NCBI RefSeq assembly: GCF_006345805.1
Contig: NC_042997.1
Coordinates: 24,428,001-24,492,000, forward strand
Direction: 5' to 3'
From: Octopus sinensis
Taxonomy: Eukaryota
DNA length: 64,000 nucleotides
Numbering within the stretch: position 1 is the stretch's first letter; every line of letters starts with the position of its first letter. The notes below the pieces were generated by a model that ran no database searches, was not told the origin of the DNA, and worked only from the letters and a program-made list of their open reading frames with translations. Of this stretch, positions 12,917-26,317 are shown one piece after another. The position numbers were made by a program, and so were the translations under genes.

Positions 12917-13699
12917 ATAGTGTACAGCCATTCACTTTCTGAAAGATACACGGTTCGAATCTTGCTGGCTTTGTACATCTTCTGCTTGACTTCTATACTT
13001 GATACATAGTTTAACGAATAATCTGGTGACTGATACACAAGTTACATCAAGTAATTAAAATTTTCCTCTTAATTAAGGAACGAAAACAAAAAATAAAATA
13101 TTTCATTAAAGATACGAAAGATAATTCAGTGTTTATGCAAACACTATGTATACACGAGAGATACTTAAGTTTTTGTGAATACATTGTTTTTATTTTCTTC
13201 CTACCTGTAAATGTCTAGAAATGAAATACCGTGGAGAGTTATCGCCGAGTTCTATATATTACTGAATATCTCCACACCCAAAGAAGTAAAATACAAGGGA
13301 CAAGCATGACCGTCACTATTCTTCACTTACTCTTTCTTAAAGATATATAGCTTGTAAACGAAAGAAAACTAAAATACATGGACGTATTTTACAACATTCA
13401 CACCCAACCGATTTGAAAAATTTAAAGGTTCGATCAATGAAAAGAATTCAGAAAAAGAAAAAAAAAATGTATAAGCAAACAGCAAACTTAAAGAATTTTT
13501 ATAGAAAATATGTCTAGAAATATCTGGATACGTTTCAACAGTGTTAATATGAAAACTAAAATAATTTTCTTTATGTCAACGGCAGATGCTGCGAACAAGA
13601 GGTCATAGTTGACCAATGTGTCAAATACTACCCATCACTTACCTTTGAGAGTAGATAGGTAGGTAGATGAGCTGATAGAGAGAGATATATAGAGACAGA

Positions 13700-13725
13700 C
13701 ATATAGACAGATAGACAGACATATT

Positions 13726-13761
<36 letters not shown>

Positions 13762-13817
13762 GATAGATAGATAGATAGATAGATGGATGGATGGATGGAT
13801 AGATAGATAGATAGAGG

Positions 13818-13905
<88 letters not shown>

Positions 13906-14267
13906 CGGCAACTGACATCCATACGTCAGCTGTTTGTGTCATGAACTTGTCCGGGTTGACAGCGTTGGCAATAACCCTGGAGTTCGTCAGTTTTGTACAG
14001 ATGCATACATAGATATGTGCATGCATACAGAAGGCTAGATTAAGAAATATATACATAACTATATGATTATGAGCATAGACACACATATGTACATATAGCT
14101 GTAGCCCTCTGCGCCGATGGATATGAATGTGTGTATGTATACTCATTTCTCTCTTTCTCTCTCTCTCTCATATTACGTATATATACATATACATGTACTT
14201 ATACATATATGCGTTGTGTGTGTGTTAAAAATGTATGATTATCATTTGCAGCATATTTCTATGACTG

Positions 14268-14320
<53 letters not shown>

Positions 14321-14393
14321 TATATATGTGTGTATGTGTGTATATATATATATATGTATATGTATATATGTTTGTATGTATATGTATATATAG

Positions 14394-14441
<48 letters not shown>

Positions 14442-14443
14442 TA

Positions 14444-14496
<53 letters not shown>

Positions 14497-14550
14497 TATA
14501 TATATAATATATATGTATATATATTATTATATATATTATATATATATAAT

Positions 14551-14583
<33 letters not shown>

Positions 14584-14645
14584 ATATAATATATTATATA
14601 TATATATACATATATATATATATTATATATATATATACATATAAT
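13700..14645. repeat. Compound (TA)n, (GATA)n, (GATG)n microsatellite region
   Basis: Directly visible arrays at about 13700-13905 and 14265-14645. Confidence 0.9.
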
Positions 14646-15914
14646 GTATGTATGTATATATGATGCTTACGTAGACACAAATCGTGGAAGACAGGCGACG
14701 TTATTATTCCTTTTATTTTCATTTACCTTTCAAACGATCCTGATGTCTCTTGCAGGTGCCCTTAGACATCTCAATGATTTTGCTCCCTGTTTCATCCTAT
14801 TTTTTAACGCACGCACACCACACACACACACACATGCAAACACAACCGTTCATAGACAGGCACGCATACAAGCACACATATATATATCGCATTTTGCGCA
14901 CTGATTGGCATTAGGTATATTCACTTTTTATCTCGTTTTATTCTCTTTCTTTCTCTTATTCTTTCTCTCTCTCTCTCTCTCTCTATGCAGAACAGACATT
15001 TCCACACTTTAGTTTCTTATTACGTTGACATTTAAACAATGTCGTTATATCTTTCTTTATTTCTTTGCTCAAAATTAAATAGGGAGAAAAGGGATAGAAT
15101 GAATAAATACTTTAAATACTTATTTTCAAATGACTGCCAGAAATAAATAAGTTCTAACAAGGAGGAAGACAACCAGAAGTAAAAGAACAAATAAAGTAAA
15201 ACCAGAAAGACAGTACAATACAATGGATAAAATGCAAAGAGAGTAAGAAAGACCAACTGAATGGAAGAAATATATATAAAGACGGCAGTAAACAATGGTG
15301 GAAGAAAATATAAGATTAAAGAATGTCACAGTATTGTTCACAGTGATAAAGAATAGTTTGCTGATATTTGCTCTGACCTTTTCAAACCAATATGTGCCAT
15401 TATACATTCTCTATTTTTGCATATCCTGGTTTTTTTTTCCCGCATAAAATCAACGAAGACTATTTTGTCATTGTATAACCTATTGTATGCAACCCATGTA
15501 CGCATCATATCCTCTCTCAGTAGTTTCAAATTATTACTGCATCGGTCTGCTGCTTCTTAGTACTTACTAGGTCGCTACGACCCCTATCGCCTCCAATCAT
15601 TTTAATCCAACTTTTTTTTTAAACTAACTAACGAGTGTAACTTTTCATTCTTCATCTTCAGAACTATATTTCCCTAGAAGTTCATGTCTCCCGCTTCAGT
15701 CAACATGGAACATTTCGAAATGTCTACCATCCATTACAACTTAGAAAAATTGTTGACAGTTAGATGTTATACGAATCAAACTAGTCAAAAGAGTCCTTTA
15801 CTTTTTTCAACCTTCAGTGATGTAGTATACAATTTTATACATACATAGATACACGCACGCACGCACGCACGCACACGTACATACATACATACATACATAC
15901 ATACATACATACAT

Positions 15915-16229
15915 ACATCCATCCATCCATCCATCCATCGTCTTCTTAATACTTTTTGCCCCTTGTGGTTTCCCGGTTTCCTTGGCGTATAGGTTCCACA
16001 CTCGAGCGGGACGCCTGTCCGTCGCAGGTGAGCTGCAAGATGGAGGAGGAAAGGGTAAGAGAAAGTTGTAGCAAAAGTGTCAGCAGAAGTTCGCAATTAT
16101 CTTCTGCCGGAGCCGCGTGGAGCTTAGGTGCCTTGCTCATAAACACACACAACACCCGGCCTGAGATTCGAATCTTCGAGCCCTCGACCGCGAATCCGCT
16201 GCTCTAACCACTAGGCCATGTGCCTCCAC
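15915..16229 (-). mobile_element. tRNA-derived SINE, variant D
   Basis: Reverse complement of the 53181-53495 element (gtggaggcacatggcctagtggttagagcagcgg...), with a (GGAT)n tail. Confidence 0.88.
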
Positions 16230-16301
16230 ATACATATATGCATTCATATATATATATATAGATATGTGTATATCTATAGCTATCTCTCTCTCTCTATCTC
16301 T

Positions 16302-16335
<34 letters not shown>

Positions 16336-16918
16336 CTTGCATACATGAATATGGTATACATATACACAATATTAACAGAAACAATCCGAATATGAATCGG
16401 GAAATAAAAATATATCCATTATCACAACGTAATAAATGCAGATTCATTTGTGAATGGTATGGAACCAACGTGTTTGGGGACATGGATCCGAAAGTGATTT
16501 CTTGAAAGAACATAAACACCTGCTTCGTAAGATGAAATTTCTTGAAATACCACCCAGAAGAAAAAAATATATATTAGAAGTGAAACGACAAATGCATAGG
16601 TAAAAAGTGTCCAGAAAGTTGATGATCTGATCCCATTTAAAAGCGAGGAGTTTCTAAAAGATGTGTAGAGAATACATATAGATGGTCAGATGCGAAAAGG
16701 TAATTTATAACAGTGGTAGCTCAATCCCTCAGAGATGCGTAAGTAAGGAGGAATTTAGTAAGGTAAAACTACATTGATTATATAATATTTAACCATGATT
16801 TTTGAAGCTTATGACGAAATCCTTGACATATGACCAACATCCAGAAGACGAAGAAAATATCGGAATAGAGATACAGGTGATACTGATGAATATCTCAATT
16901 GCTTGAGAGCGGGGACCC

Positions 16919-17124
16919 CACGAGACGATGCTGAAAAGTAAAAGAAAATACAATAGGATCAGTTAATCATGATTTTATTCGAGATCTTCCCCACTCAGAC
17001 TCACACAATTAATGCAGCGATCCTTCAGTTTTTTAAACCCTGTAAAATAATTCAGAAGTTTGGGCCTCTAACTAGGCCCTTCACGAAACCATTAACATCA
17101 GTAATGTTTCAACAACCCCTTGTA
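16919..17124. mobile_element. Mariner-derived MITE
   Basis: Imperfect TIRs (acgag..gatgctgaaaa / tttcaacaaccccttgt, then TA). The interior reads FTGFKKLKDRCINCVSLSGEDLE* on the minus strand, like a mariner C-terminus. Confidence 0.65.
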
Positions 17125-17486
17125 TAATATTTGTGGATGAGTTTGAAAAAAAAAAAACTCTAAGTATTATTTTTATCGTACCAATAGTCTCAGATGTTCC
17201 ATTGTCCTGGCGTTAAGGAAACTAAACTTCCACTGCAATTCTGCCATGACAGTAAAAGCAATAACAACAACAACAACAAGATTTACCTCAAAGAAAGGAA
17301 GTGTCACTAGAGTACCTTCCTCTTTACAAAAAGATTTAGACACAGGAAAGAGAAACACTCACATGCATTAACAGGCTGGCACGTTACACCCTCGATTTCT
17401 CGTTAAATGAGGTAGAAAACGAGGGAATACTTGGGATATAGCAAAATGTCATCAGAGAGGCAATCAATATACATACATGCATATCG

Positions 17487-17556
<70 letters not shown>

Positions 17557-17960
17557 TACATACACCTCTCTCTCCCCATATATAATATATATATATATAT
17601 ATATATACGTATGTGTATGTGTATATAAATATCTATCAATCTACCTATCTATCTATTTATATGTGTTCAATCATATATGGAAGCATTAAAGCAGAAAAGT
17701 GGACGGAACGAAATATTTATAAAAAGTTACATGAAAACCAGTCATCCACCAGCTCATAGACCAACACAACATCAAGAATTAGAAGGGAAAAATTTTCAAC
17801 GTACACCCACTCACAACAACAGCCGAACTTACAACCGTACCGACACTGGATAATACGCAAACGCAACTATAGCAAATCACCAAATACCCCTACAAAATTC
17901 CAAATACAGGGAAAACAAACACACATCTACACTCTCTCACGCGCGCGCACACACACACAC

Positions 17961-18016
<56 letters not shown>

Positions 18017-18078
18017 AATTCAATCGACTTCACCTTCCTAAGCGGAACGAAATACAGTGGCTAATAGGAATACGTATA

Positions 18079-18099
<21 letters not shown>

Positions 18100-18113
<14 letters not shown>

Positions 18114-18483
18114 CTGAAGTTGTCTGTGTATGGCAGGTTTTGTAGCCTTCAACTAACACTATCTTCTCCGAGACCCTGCGACGCAAGTTGACAAAAATCG
18201 AGAGTATGATAGAAGAAGGCTTGCTCTTCCTTCCGTAGAAGAAAACAATTCAAATCCGACCATATTAACACCAAAAATTATTTACATCAAAAAGGTGCTT
18301 TTTTTCTATGAAAATCCCTATTTTTTACGATTTTTTGACTGCTGTGTCACCATTTTTCGGTGTATTTCAACCAGAAAAATATGTTCACTTAAAGAGAATA
18401 ACAAGCTACATAATGCAAATTTTTTACTTTCCAATTCTAAAGGTGTCGAAACAAATCCGAGTAACGCCGGGCGATACTGCTAG
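18100..18483 (+). mobile_element. Probable non-autonomous Helitron
   Basis: Starts in a TA tract and ends in an imperfect GC-rich hairpin (ccgagtaacgccggg) followed by CTAG|T at 18480-18484. No TSD or TIR seen. Confidence 0.55.
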
Positions 18484-18698
18484 TATTTGATAAATAAAAT
18501 AAAAAGAAACGTGACGAATTTTGAGAAATTCGTTGCAAAATGATTTCAAGACGATTACTAGCCATAGCTAAGTAAATTCTCATCAAGTGTTAGAATTTTC
18601 TGGAAAAAAGTTTGCCAGAAGACTATCGTTGAGTGCTTCAAAATTATTCTCTCGAAGAGTACGAGATGATTATCCTCTCCGTCTTTATTTTCTCCAAC

Positions 18699-19420
18699 AT
18701 GTCTATACTTACAGTGCTGTGCATGAATGTATGTGGAATGCCGGTTGCTTGTAAGTGGAATGAAGATAGCTTGTACCTGGATATCAGTATTGCACCGTAA
18801 ATGTTTCGAGAACGAAAAATATACAGACTTCCAAGACGTGGTGCGATGCTGTTGAAGCAGATTGCGTGGAGTAGCGAAAGGGGACAGTTGAGACAGGTGT
18901 CCATCCATACCACAACAGAGGTTACAATATATGCAGTTCTTAAGGTATTTGGACGTTTTCCTGAGGGATCCCGGTCCTTTGTACTTGTGGGAAACTGGAA
19001 TTATATCGTGGACACACGGTGAAAGTTGTGTAGTTAACACGCAGGAGAATGGGTATAACCACGCAGCAAAACTGCTAAGACGTTTCCAAGAGATTATTCT
19101 GGAAATGGAGTAATTAAAGCGTATCAACTAACTCCCTCTTAACTAGAGTATTCATTGGCCCAGGGCAAAGAAAAATAGCATGTACAGAATTTAATCTGGT
19201 CGGCTACGACGTAGGTGGGATTCATAGGCAAGGAGACAGTTACTGGAAACTGAACGCATCTTATTCAGTGCGGAAAGGCTATACACGCTGGAATAGCGAT
19301 CCAACAGAGCGATAAATGATGGGGTTAATTATTAGCAGCCATTAGTATAGTGTCATAAGGATAAAAAGAGCACAATACAGTGAGATTAGCTAAACCAAAC
19401 AAACGATAAATAAGTAAATG
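18699..19420 (+). mobile_element. Decayed L1/Tx1-like LINE ORF2 fragment (AP-endonuclease domain)
   Basis: In order, across frameshifts: MSILTVLCMNVCG (LNVRG-like start), RSFVLVGNWNYIVDTR (GDFN-like), CTEFNLVGYD (SDH region), GDSYWKLNAS (post-EN YWKLN motif). Confidence 0.7.
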
Positions 19421-19692
19421 AAATAACAAATATACATCTAGTAAAATAGGTAATAGGAAGTCGACGTCTGATCAAGCAAAAGTCATGATGAAAGTCGTAA
19501 AGACCGGCTTGCTAGTAACAGGAATGGCTTTCGATAATTTTTTTATTTTGAATTTTGAATGCGGCAGCTGAGTGGTTTGCGCAAAAATAAAAATCGTTTG
19601 AGCGACATGCGTGTCATTCTCAGTAAATTTACGTGCGTCCAAATGTGTGTGTAAAGATACGTGGGCATTTGTAACGTAATATCAACACACAC

Positions 19693-19736
<44 letters not shown>

Positions 19737-19852
19737 TATATATATATATTTATCAAATTAGAGACAAAACCACTATTATGCAAATGAAACATAGAAAGAC
19801 TTAAGCCAATACATAAAATAATTTATATAAATTAAAATTTAACATATGAATA

Positions 19853-19902
19853 ACCACTACGATCGTTTCGTGTCAGCACATCTTAGACATTCTTCAGGTG
19901 GT
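19853..19902 (-). ncRNA. Minimal type-I hammerhead ribozyme (Penelope-like pLTR type)
   Basis: Minus strand ACCAC-CTGAAGA-A-TGTC-taagatgtgct-GACA-C-GAAAC-gatc-GTA-GTGGT: 5-bp stem I, canonical CUGANGA and GAAA, stem II, palindromic stem III ACGATCGT, GUA cleavage triplet. Confidence 0.7.
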
Positions 19903-19959
19903 TTCAAAACCTTCTTAGCGAGTTTTAAATTATATATACGGATGCCTTCGATAGATATA

Positions 19960-20300
19960 CGTCCCCTGCCGAATTCAGGATCACAATATTTAGGTACACT
20001 GCAACGCAATTTCTTTTCCTCAACAGGCCCTGCTCTGTTTAACATTGTCCCAAAACTGATCAAAGAGGAAAAGGATCCCACCATCTTTAAACGGATCTGG
20101 ATAAATTTCTTCAAGGAAAACCAGATACGCCACCTATACCTGGATACAACACACTCAACAAGAACTCACTACTTGCATGGACAATGGTACCACAAAACTT
20201 GACTTAAAAGGGATTTAGATAATCCTATCAAGTGGTACGATTAAGTTAGACATGGCCTGGACCACTATTTGGTCGAAACATCTAAGTTTATCTAAGTCTA
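19960..20300 (+). mobile_element. 3' end of a CR1/L2-like LINE
   Basis: NFFSSTGPALFNIVPK...FKR.LDKFLQGKPDTPPIPGY..NKNSLLAW (frameshifted), then a 3' stem-loop gacc..ggtc and a (ctaagt)n tail. Confidence 0.65.
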
Positions 20301-20362
20301 AGTTTATATATATATATGCATTTATATATATATACATACGTACATATACATATATGTATATG

Positions 20363-20446
<84 letters not shown>

Positions 20447-20739
20447 TATATATGTAATATAAAATTACCGTTAGGAGAAGAGAATCCAACGTTTCTGAAA
20501 GAGTCCTCTTCATAGAGAATTTAAAAAGGAGAGAAATGTTAACGTATGATATCAGAATTTACATCTCATTAATTTTACTCCTTTCGATTTACCATTGAAG
20601 AAGTGCTACATCCAAAACGTTGGATTTGATAATCCCCCCGGCAAGTTTACTGCCGATACAGAACACCAGCCTCACTGTAGTCTGATCATGCATGTGTGTG
20701 TGTATTCATGTATATATATGTAGACACAGGCATACACAA

Positions 20740-20790
<51 letters not shown>

Positions 20791-21805
20791 CAAATGTAAA
20801 TTTACATACGTGCCTTGTTTCCGTTGCTGCTGCATGTGCGTGCATAAAACATCAATTTAGACATAGTTGAGTGCGAACATATGACAATTGTATAGCTCGT
20901 AAAAAAAGATAGATATCCCTAAAATATGACGTGACGACGTTATATATGTAAAATTGGGAGAGTACTATTTTTGTTTATTTCTTCCTTCCTCTCATTCCTT
21001 CTATCTATTTTTGTCTATTTCCTTTGACTTCTTTCGCTTTCTCATTTGTAAATACACATATATCCTTGCGTCTTCCGCAACATTATTTGCTGGATCTGTC
21101 TCTCTATTTGTATATCGCAGAATACAGAAGCTGAGAATTATGAAAATGTGACAAAGGAAGGAAACCAAGTTGAGACATGTTAACGGTTTTTAAATCAAGT
21201 ATAATACAACATGAAATATATAAATGCGATGGAACTTATACGCATGCATATTTCCTTGTGTTTTTATATGCATATTCATATCTATTAATCTTACACATGC
21301 ACAGACACCACTATTATCATAGGGTAAAGCCTGTTCAGTCGTTAAACTGAGATACATTCTACCGTTGCGTAATAAGACTCGAGTAAAGGAGTAGCGTGAC
21401 GATATATAAGAAAAACGGGGAAAAATGCATCAGTCATTTTTTTATTGAAATATTTATTGATGTTATTTCATGAATTTGGGTGTCATTTATAAAAGATACG
21501 ACAACGAGCAAGTTGATTATCGTTAATGTTGATCAATAATTGAATACTGAATATTTCATAATATATATATAATATAAACAAGCATTGAAAGGTCGAATGT
21601 CTTGGGCATTTACAGACAAGAAAGTAAATTTTGAATGCAGTATAGTTGTGAGAACAGCAGAGAAAGATTGGGTAGTTACCTCTTATAAGACGGACAAAAT
21701 CGTAGCCAGCAGGCAGATACGGGAGATCTACAAGTACTAAATTGCTGAGACCTTTATTTTCCGAATATTTCTATTATATCTATGTATTATATATATATAT
21801 ATATA

Positions 21806-23433
21806 CAGTTGCGGCCAAAATGTTCAGAACAGCATTGTTTTCGTCAGAAGAGTAAGTATAAGCTTTTATCAAAGTTGTTTTATATTGTATAATTTTCACA
21901 GAAAATAAATACGATATTAATTGTTATTGTCTGAGATTTTGGTGTGATTTGAGAGAATAATACAAAAGTTATGAATGATTTAGTGATTTACTGCAAAACC
22001 CATGGCGGCTAAATTATCAGAACGGTTGAAAAAATAACAAAATAATCAAAAATGACAGAGAATACTGGAACTATTTAATATTTAGTGTGAAGCCTTTTAG
22101 CTTCACTCACACTCTGACATCTTCGACTGCATGAGGAAATTAAATTTTCAATTCCTTGCTGGGTGATCTTATTCCATTCTTCCTGAAGGGCATTCCATAC
22201 TTGCTCAGTTGTTTTAGGATTTCTGGCTTTCGAACGTTCTTATAGAATATTCCACACATTTTCAATAGGATTGAGATCTGGGCTTTGAGCAGGCCAATCC
22301 ATAACAATAACCTTTTCAGCCTTGAGGAAGTTCATGGCCACCTTAGCCTTGTGACATGGGGCATTGTCCTGCATGAATATGGATGGTCGCTTAGTTGAAT
22401 TTCTCAGCACAGGCAAGACATGATCTTTTACAAGTTGTTTATAAGCTCCTGCATTTACCTTTCCATGTAATCGCACCAAAGGGCCCACACCATCTCCAGA
22501 TATCATCCCCCAAACCATGACACTTCCTCTGCCGAATTTAACACTAGTCTTAAGGCATTTAGGCGACAATTTTTCACCTACTTTTCTACGAACGTACATT
22601 TTTTCATTTGAGCCAAATAACATAAACTTAGATTCATCACTGAAATGCACCGTTTGCCATTTTTCTTGAGACCACAACACATGTTCGGTTGCAAAGGTAA
22701 GACGACACTTTTTATTTTTGGAGCTGATCAGTGGCTTCACTGCAGGTACTCTTGCTTGTAGGTCATGTTCAACTAAACGACGAGACGCAGTTTTTCGAGA
22801 TAAAGTTTTCTTCAATACAATGCTCATTTTCCGAGAAACAGCAGTAGCAGTTTTAAATCTGTCCTTTTTAACCAACTTTACCATAGCACGATCTTCTCTC
22901 TTGGTCGTTTTTCTTGGCCTACCTGTAAGCCTTCTTGCTTCACACGAACCACAATCATCGTAGACCTTAAGAATACCGTGTACAACACTTTTTGACTTGT
23001 TAACAATCTTTGCAATAGATCCAATACTTAAATTATCCTTCCTTCGAAGCTTAATAATCTGCTGACGAATTGGTAACGGAGTCAGTGGCATTATATTAAC
23101 AAAGCACACTGCAAATATTCTTATTAATGTTTAGTAAACGAACCGTCACGTAAACAAATTCAAAACATTAGAGTTCGCCGGTTAAATATACTAAAACACG
23201 GAGTAATAGCAACCGTTCTGATCATTTTGGCCGCCATGGATTTTGCAGTAAATCACTAAATCATCCATAACTTTTGTATTATCCTCTTAAATTACACCAA
23301 AATCTCAGGCCATAACAAAAGATATTGTATTTATTGTCTGTGTAAATTATAGAATATAAAACAATTTTGATAAAAAATTATATCTACTTTTCTAACGAAA
23401 ACAATGCCGTTCTGAACATTTTGGCCGCCACTG
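21806..23433 (-). mobile_element. Full-length Tc1 transposon, IR/DR type (1628 bp)
   Basis: TA TSDs at 21804-21805 and 23434-23435; about 223-bp TIRs (21806-22028, 23210-23433), each with outer and inner gcggc.aaa.t..tcagaac direct repeats. Confidence 0.95.
22075..23109 (-). pseudogene. Tc1 transposase, DD34E, one in-frame stop
   Basis: 289-aa ORF with GRPRKT, FSDESKF, MQDNAPCH and SPDLNPIENVW (34 residues between D and E). After the TAA at 22240-22242 the same frame continues 54 aa (ERSKARNP...EAKRLHTKY*). Confidence 0.93.
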
Positions 23434-23456
23434 TATGTGTGTGTGTATGTGTGTGC

Positions 23457-23502
<46 letters not shown>

Positions 23503-24924
23503 GTGTAATGTGCATAGATATGATTGAAATATTCGTGAAATAAAGGTTGTCAGCCTAAGTTGTTACTTATAAATTTCCCACTAATTATCACTGAATTTTT
23601 ATTTCACAAGACACCTACAAAGGAAAGATTCTGTAATAGCATACTGTAAATATGTGAGGGACAAATACTGCACCTACTGGAGCTGTGCCTGCTTAAAGAT
23701 GATGACATTTTGTAATTGTTAATAATATTATTTTGAGGTCTGGTTATATTTGGACATGTCGGTCGTGAAACGATTTCCTTCGTTGTTCCCCAAAACGTTT
23801 GTCTTCGTATTCCATGTTGTGACGTATTCATATATATATATATGTTAGTATGTATATATGTAATATATATATATTTATTTAATTATTATAATTGAACGCA
23901 ACGCATCCATTTACAAATAAGTATATATATACCTGCACGTACACACATACACACATAGTGAAATACATAGAGACACAGACACACACACACTCTCTCTCTC
24001 ACACACATACACACTTGAATAAATATGAATAAATATGTAGGAAAACCCCTTTTTAAAGTCTCTTTCTGGAAGAATTAAGAAACTCTTCATTTCACAGTTA
24101 TCTGTGAAATATTATTGCTGTATAATGACAAACACAGTTGAGTGAGTAAATGTTAAGTTGTTTTTTTTTAATTAGCAGCAAATTGTTAGAAGTAGCATTT
24201 CATGTTTATGTATATATATTCTCTTCTTTTCTCTAAATCTTTTTCTCCCCTTCACCGTTTTCGATCTGTTCCCTCTCTCTCTCTCTCTCTCTCCCTCTCT
24301 CTTCCTCCTTTACTCTCTCATTGCTTACACGTGACCATCGATCATCTTTCTTTTTCCAAACGTTTTCATCCTTCTTTTATTCCGGTCTGTTGCACAGACC
24401 AGTCGTATTCTTGTCTGTCTCCTCTCCTCTCCTCTCTTTTCTCCTGTCAAAGAATGTTCTTCAGCGTTCGCCACCTTACTCCGTCTGGCTTAGCAGCCCT
24501 CACTATTTGTTTCACTGTCCTGTTTTTGCTACCAGCTTTGATCCTCCGCAAAATCCCAAATTTTAGTTTGGTTTCCGGGATTAACTATTACTTGAAGGCA
24601 CATATGTGGAGTAGATAAACAACCGACAACTGATAAAGGGTCGTTCTTTATGTTACTTGTCTTGTTTTCCATTTCTTTCTCTCGTTGTTCGCAAAAAGTT
24701 TGTCTTCGTATTTCTTGTTGTTTTTAGTATTTCGGATTTCATGTTGTTTACGCTTTGTGACGTACTCATATGCATATATATATATATATATATATATCTC
24801 AGTACATATATGTATATATCCTATAATCAACTAATAAGGGTGAGAAAATTGGATACCACTTTAATAGTACATCCATTTAACACCAAGTGGCTTAGTGCGT
24901 AAAAACCTGGATTACAATAAATTT

Positions 24925-25266
24925 TATACATAAATATAAGAGAGTAACCACTATGTGGTCGACTCTAGCACTAAAAATAGATCCGCTAGGTTTCAGCCAC
25001 AAAGAATTGTTTCCGATGAAAGTTAGCACGACTACTAGCGCAAACGAACAGGGTAAATAAAAATAACAAAAATGCAGATTAGTTCAGGACAATTCTTTCG
25101 CTATTAATAAATTATGTAATTTTACTCACATAACATATCTGTAGTTCTTCAGACGAATCAGTCCAGAATACAACTTACTTAACCGCACGCTAGATTTTAC
25201 CATAACGGTAAAATCTAGCGTGCTAGAGTCGACCACATAGTGGTTACTCTCTTATATTTATGTATA
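24925..25266. mobile_element. Short element with perfect 47-bp terminal inverted repeats (MITE-like)
   Basis: 24925-24971 is the exact reverse complement of 25220-25266; internal perfect 17-bp hairpin at 25185-25223. Confidence 0.75.
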
Positions 25267-25859
25267 TATCCTATATATATATTTTATTTATATTATTATT
25301 ATTATTATTATTGAACGCCACGCATCCATTTTCAAGTAAGTATATATATACATACACGTACACACATATACACATGGTGAAATACGTGGAGACACAGACA
25401 CACAGAATCACACAGACACACCCACAACACGCACGCACACACACACACACGCACACACACACACACTCTCTCTCTCACACACATACACTCTTGTCACTTG
25501 TTGGTAGGATAAGCAAACAGTATTCAAGTATTAGTTAATGGATACAGAAGTGGCTTGAATATTTCAAAATTCTTGCTGGATAGGGTTGTATCCAGACAGG
25601 CTTGTATAGCGTGATGTGTTCAATACAGCTATCGTTAAAGTTCAAATGATATGAGTATTCCATGAGGAAATGCGAGAAGAAATAGGGAAAAGTGTATGGG
25701 AAGAAAAGATAAAATATTAAAATTATATTGTGTCCCTTTAACTCGTTAAATGAAGAATATTGCTAATGAAAAATACATGCTGTCTTCTGAAGGTAGATTT
25801 AGAAGGCCTACTCGGACAGAAATAGGTTGAATAAGCAAAAAATATGAAAGAAATATTGG

Positions 25860-26005
25860 CTTAAAATTTTGGCCCAATGCCAGCAATTTTGGGGAAGAAT
25901 AAATCGATGACATCAACCACGTGGTTAGACTTCCATGTATTTATCGAGACGGATCGATGACAGGCAAAGTCGAACCCGGTAGCATTTGTACTCAGAAGAA
26001 ATGCC
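25860..26005 (-). mobile_element. Highly degenerate SINE family C fragment
   Basis: tttatcgag..gga..gatga.aggcaaagtcga...atttgtactcagaa matches the family C body. Confidence 0.55.
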
Positions 26006-26317
26006 GTTATTAGGAAGACTTGGGACAAATATGAGCACTGAAGTTGAGTAGTTTAAAAGTATAAATGATCAGTCTAGTGCTAAGTTCATACAGTTTGAAA
26101 CCCCTCGATATGGAGACCCTTGCTAAAGAAATCAATCGAGTTCGATTGGCATGTTTGATTACTGATAACGGGACAGAATTCATTTGGTGAATTAAGCTGA
26201 CTTGACAATATTGATTTGACTTGGACACCAAGTTACCCATAAATAATTTATTCAACACACACACACACACACACAAACGCACAAAAACCCATACGCAATT
26301 ATTTACACAGAAATATA

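Noticed and set aside
15030-15780. Minus-strand ORFs (LKLLREDMMRTWVAYNRLYNDK...) resembling a LINE C-terminus or a membrane protein
   Set aside because: No confident motif; the hydrophobic stretch reflects T-rich composition.
16600-16760. piggyBac-like RWSDAKR peptide
   Set aside because: Too short, interrupted by stops, and no TTAA-bounded TIRs found.
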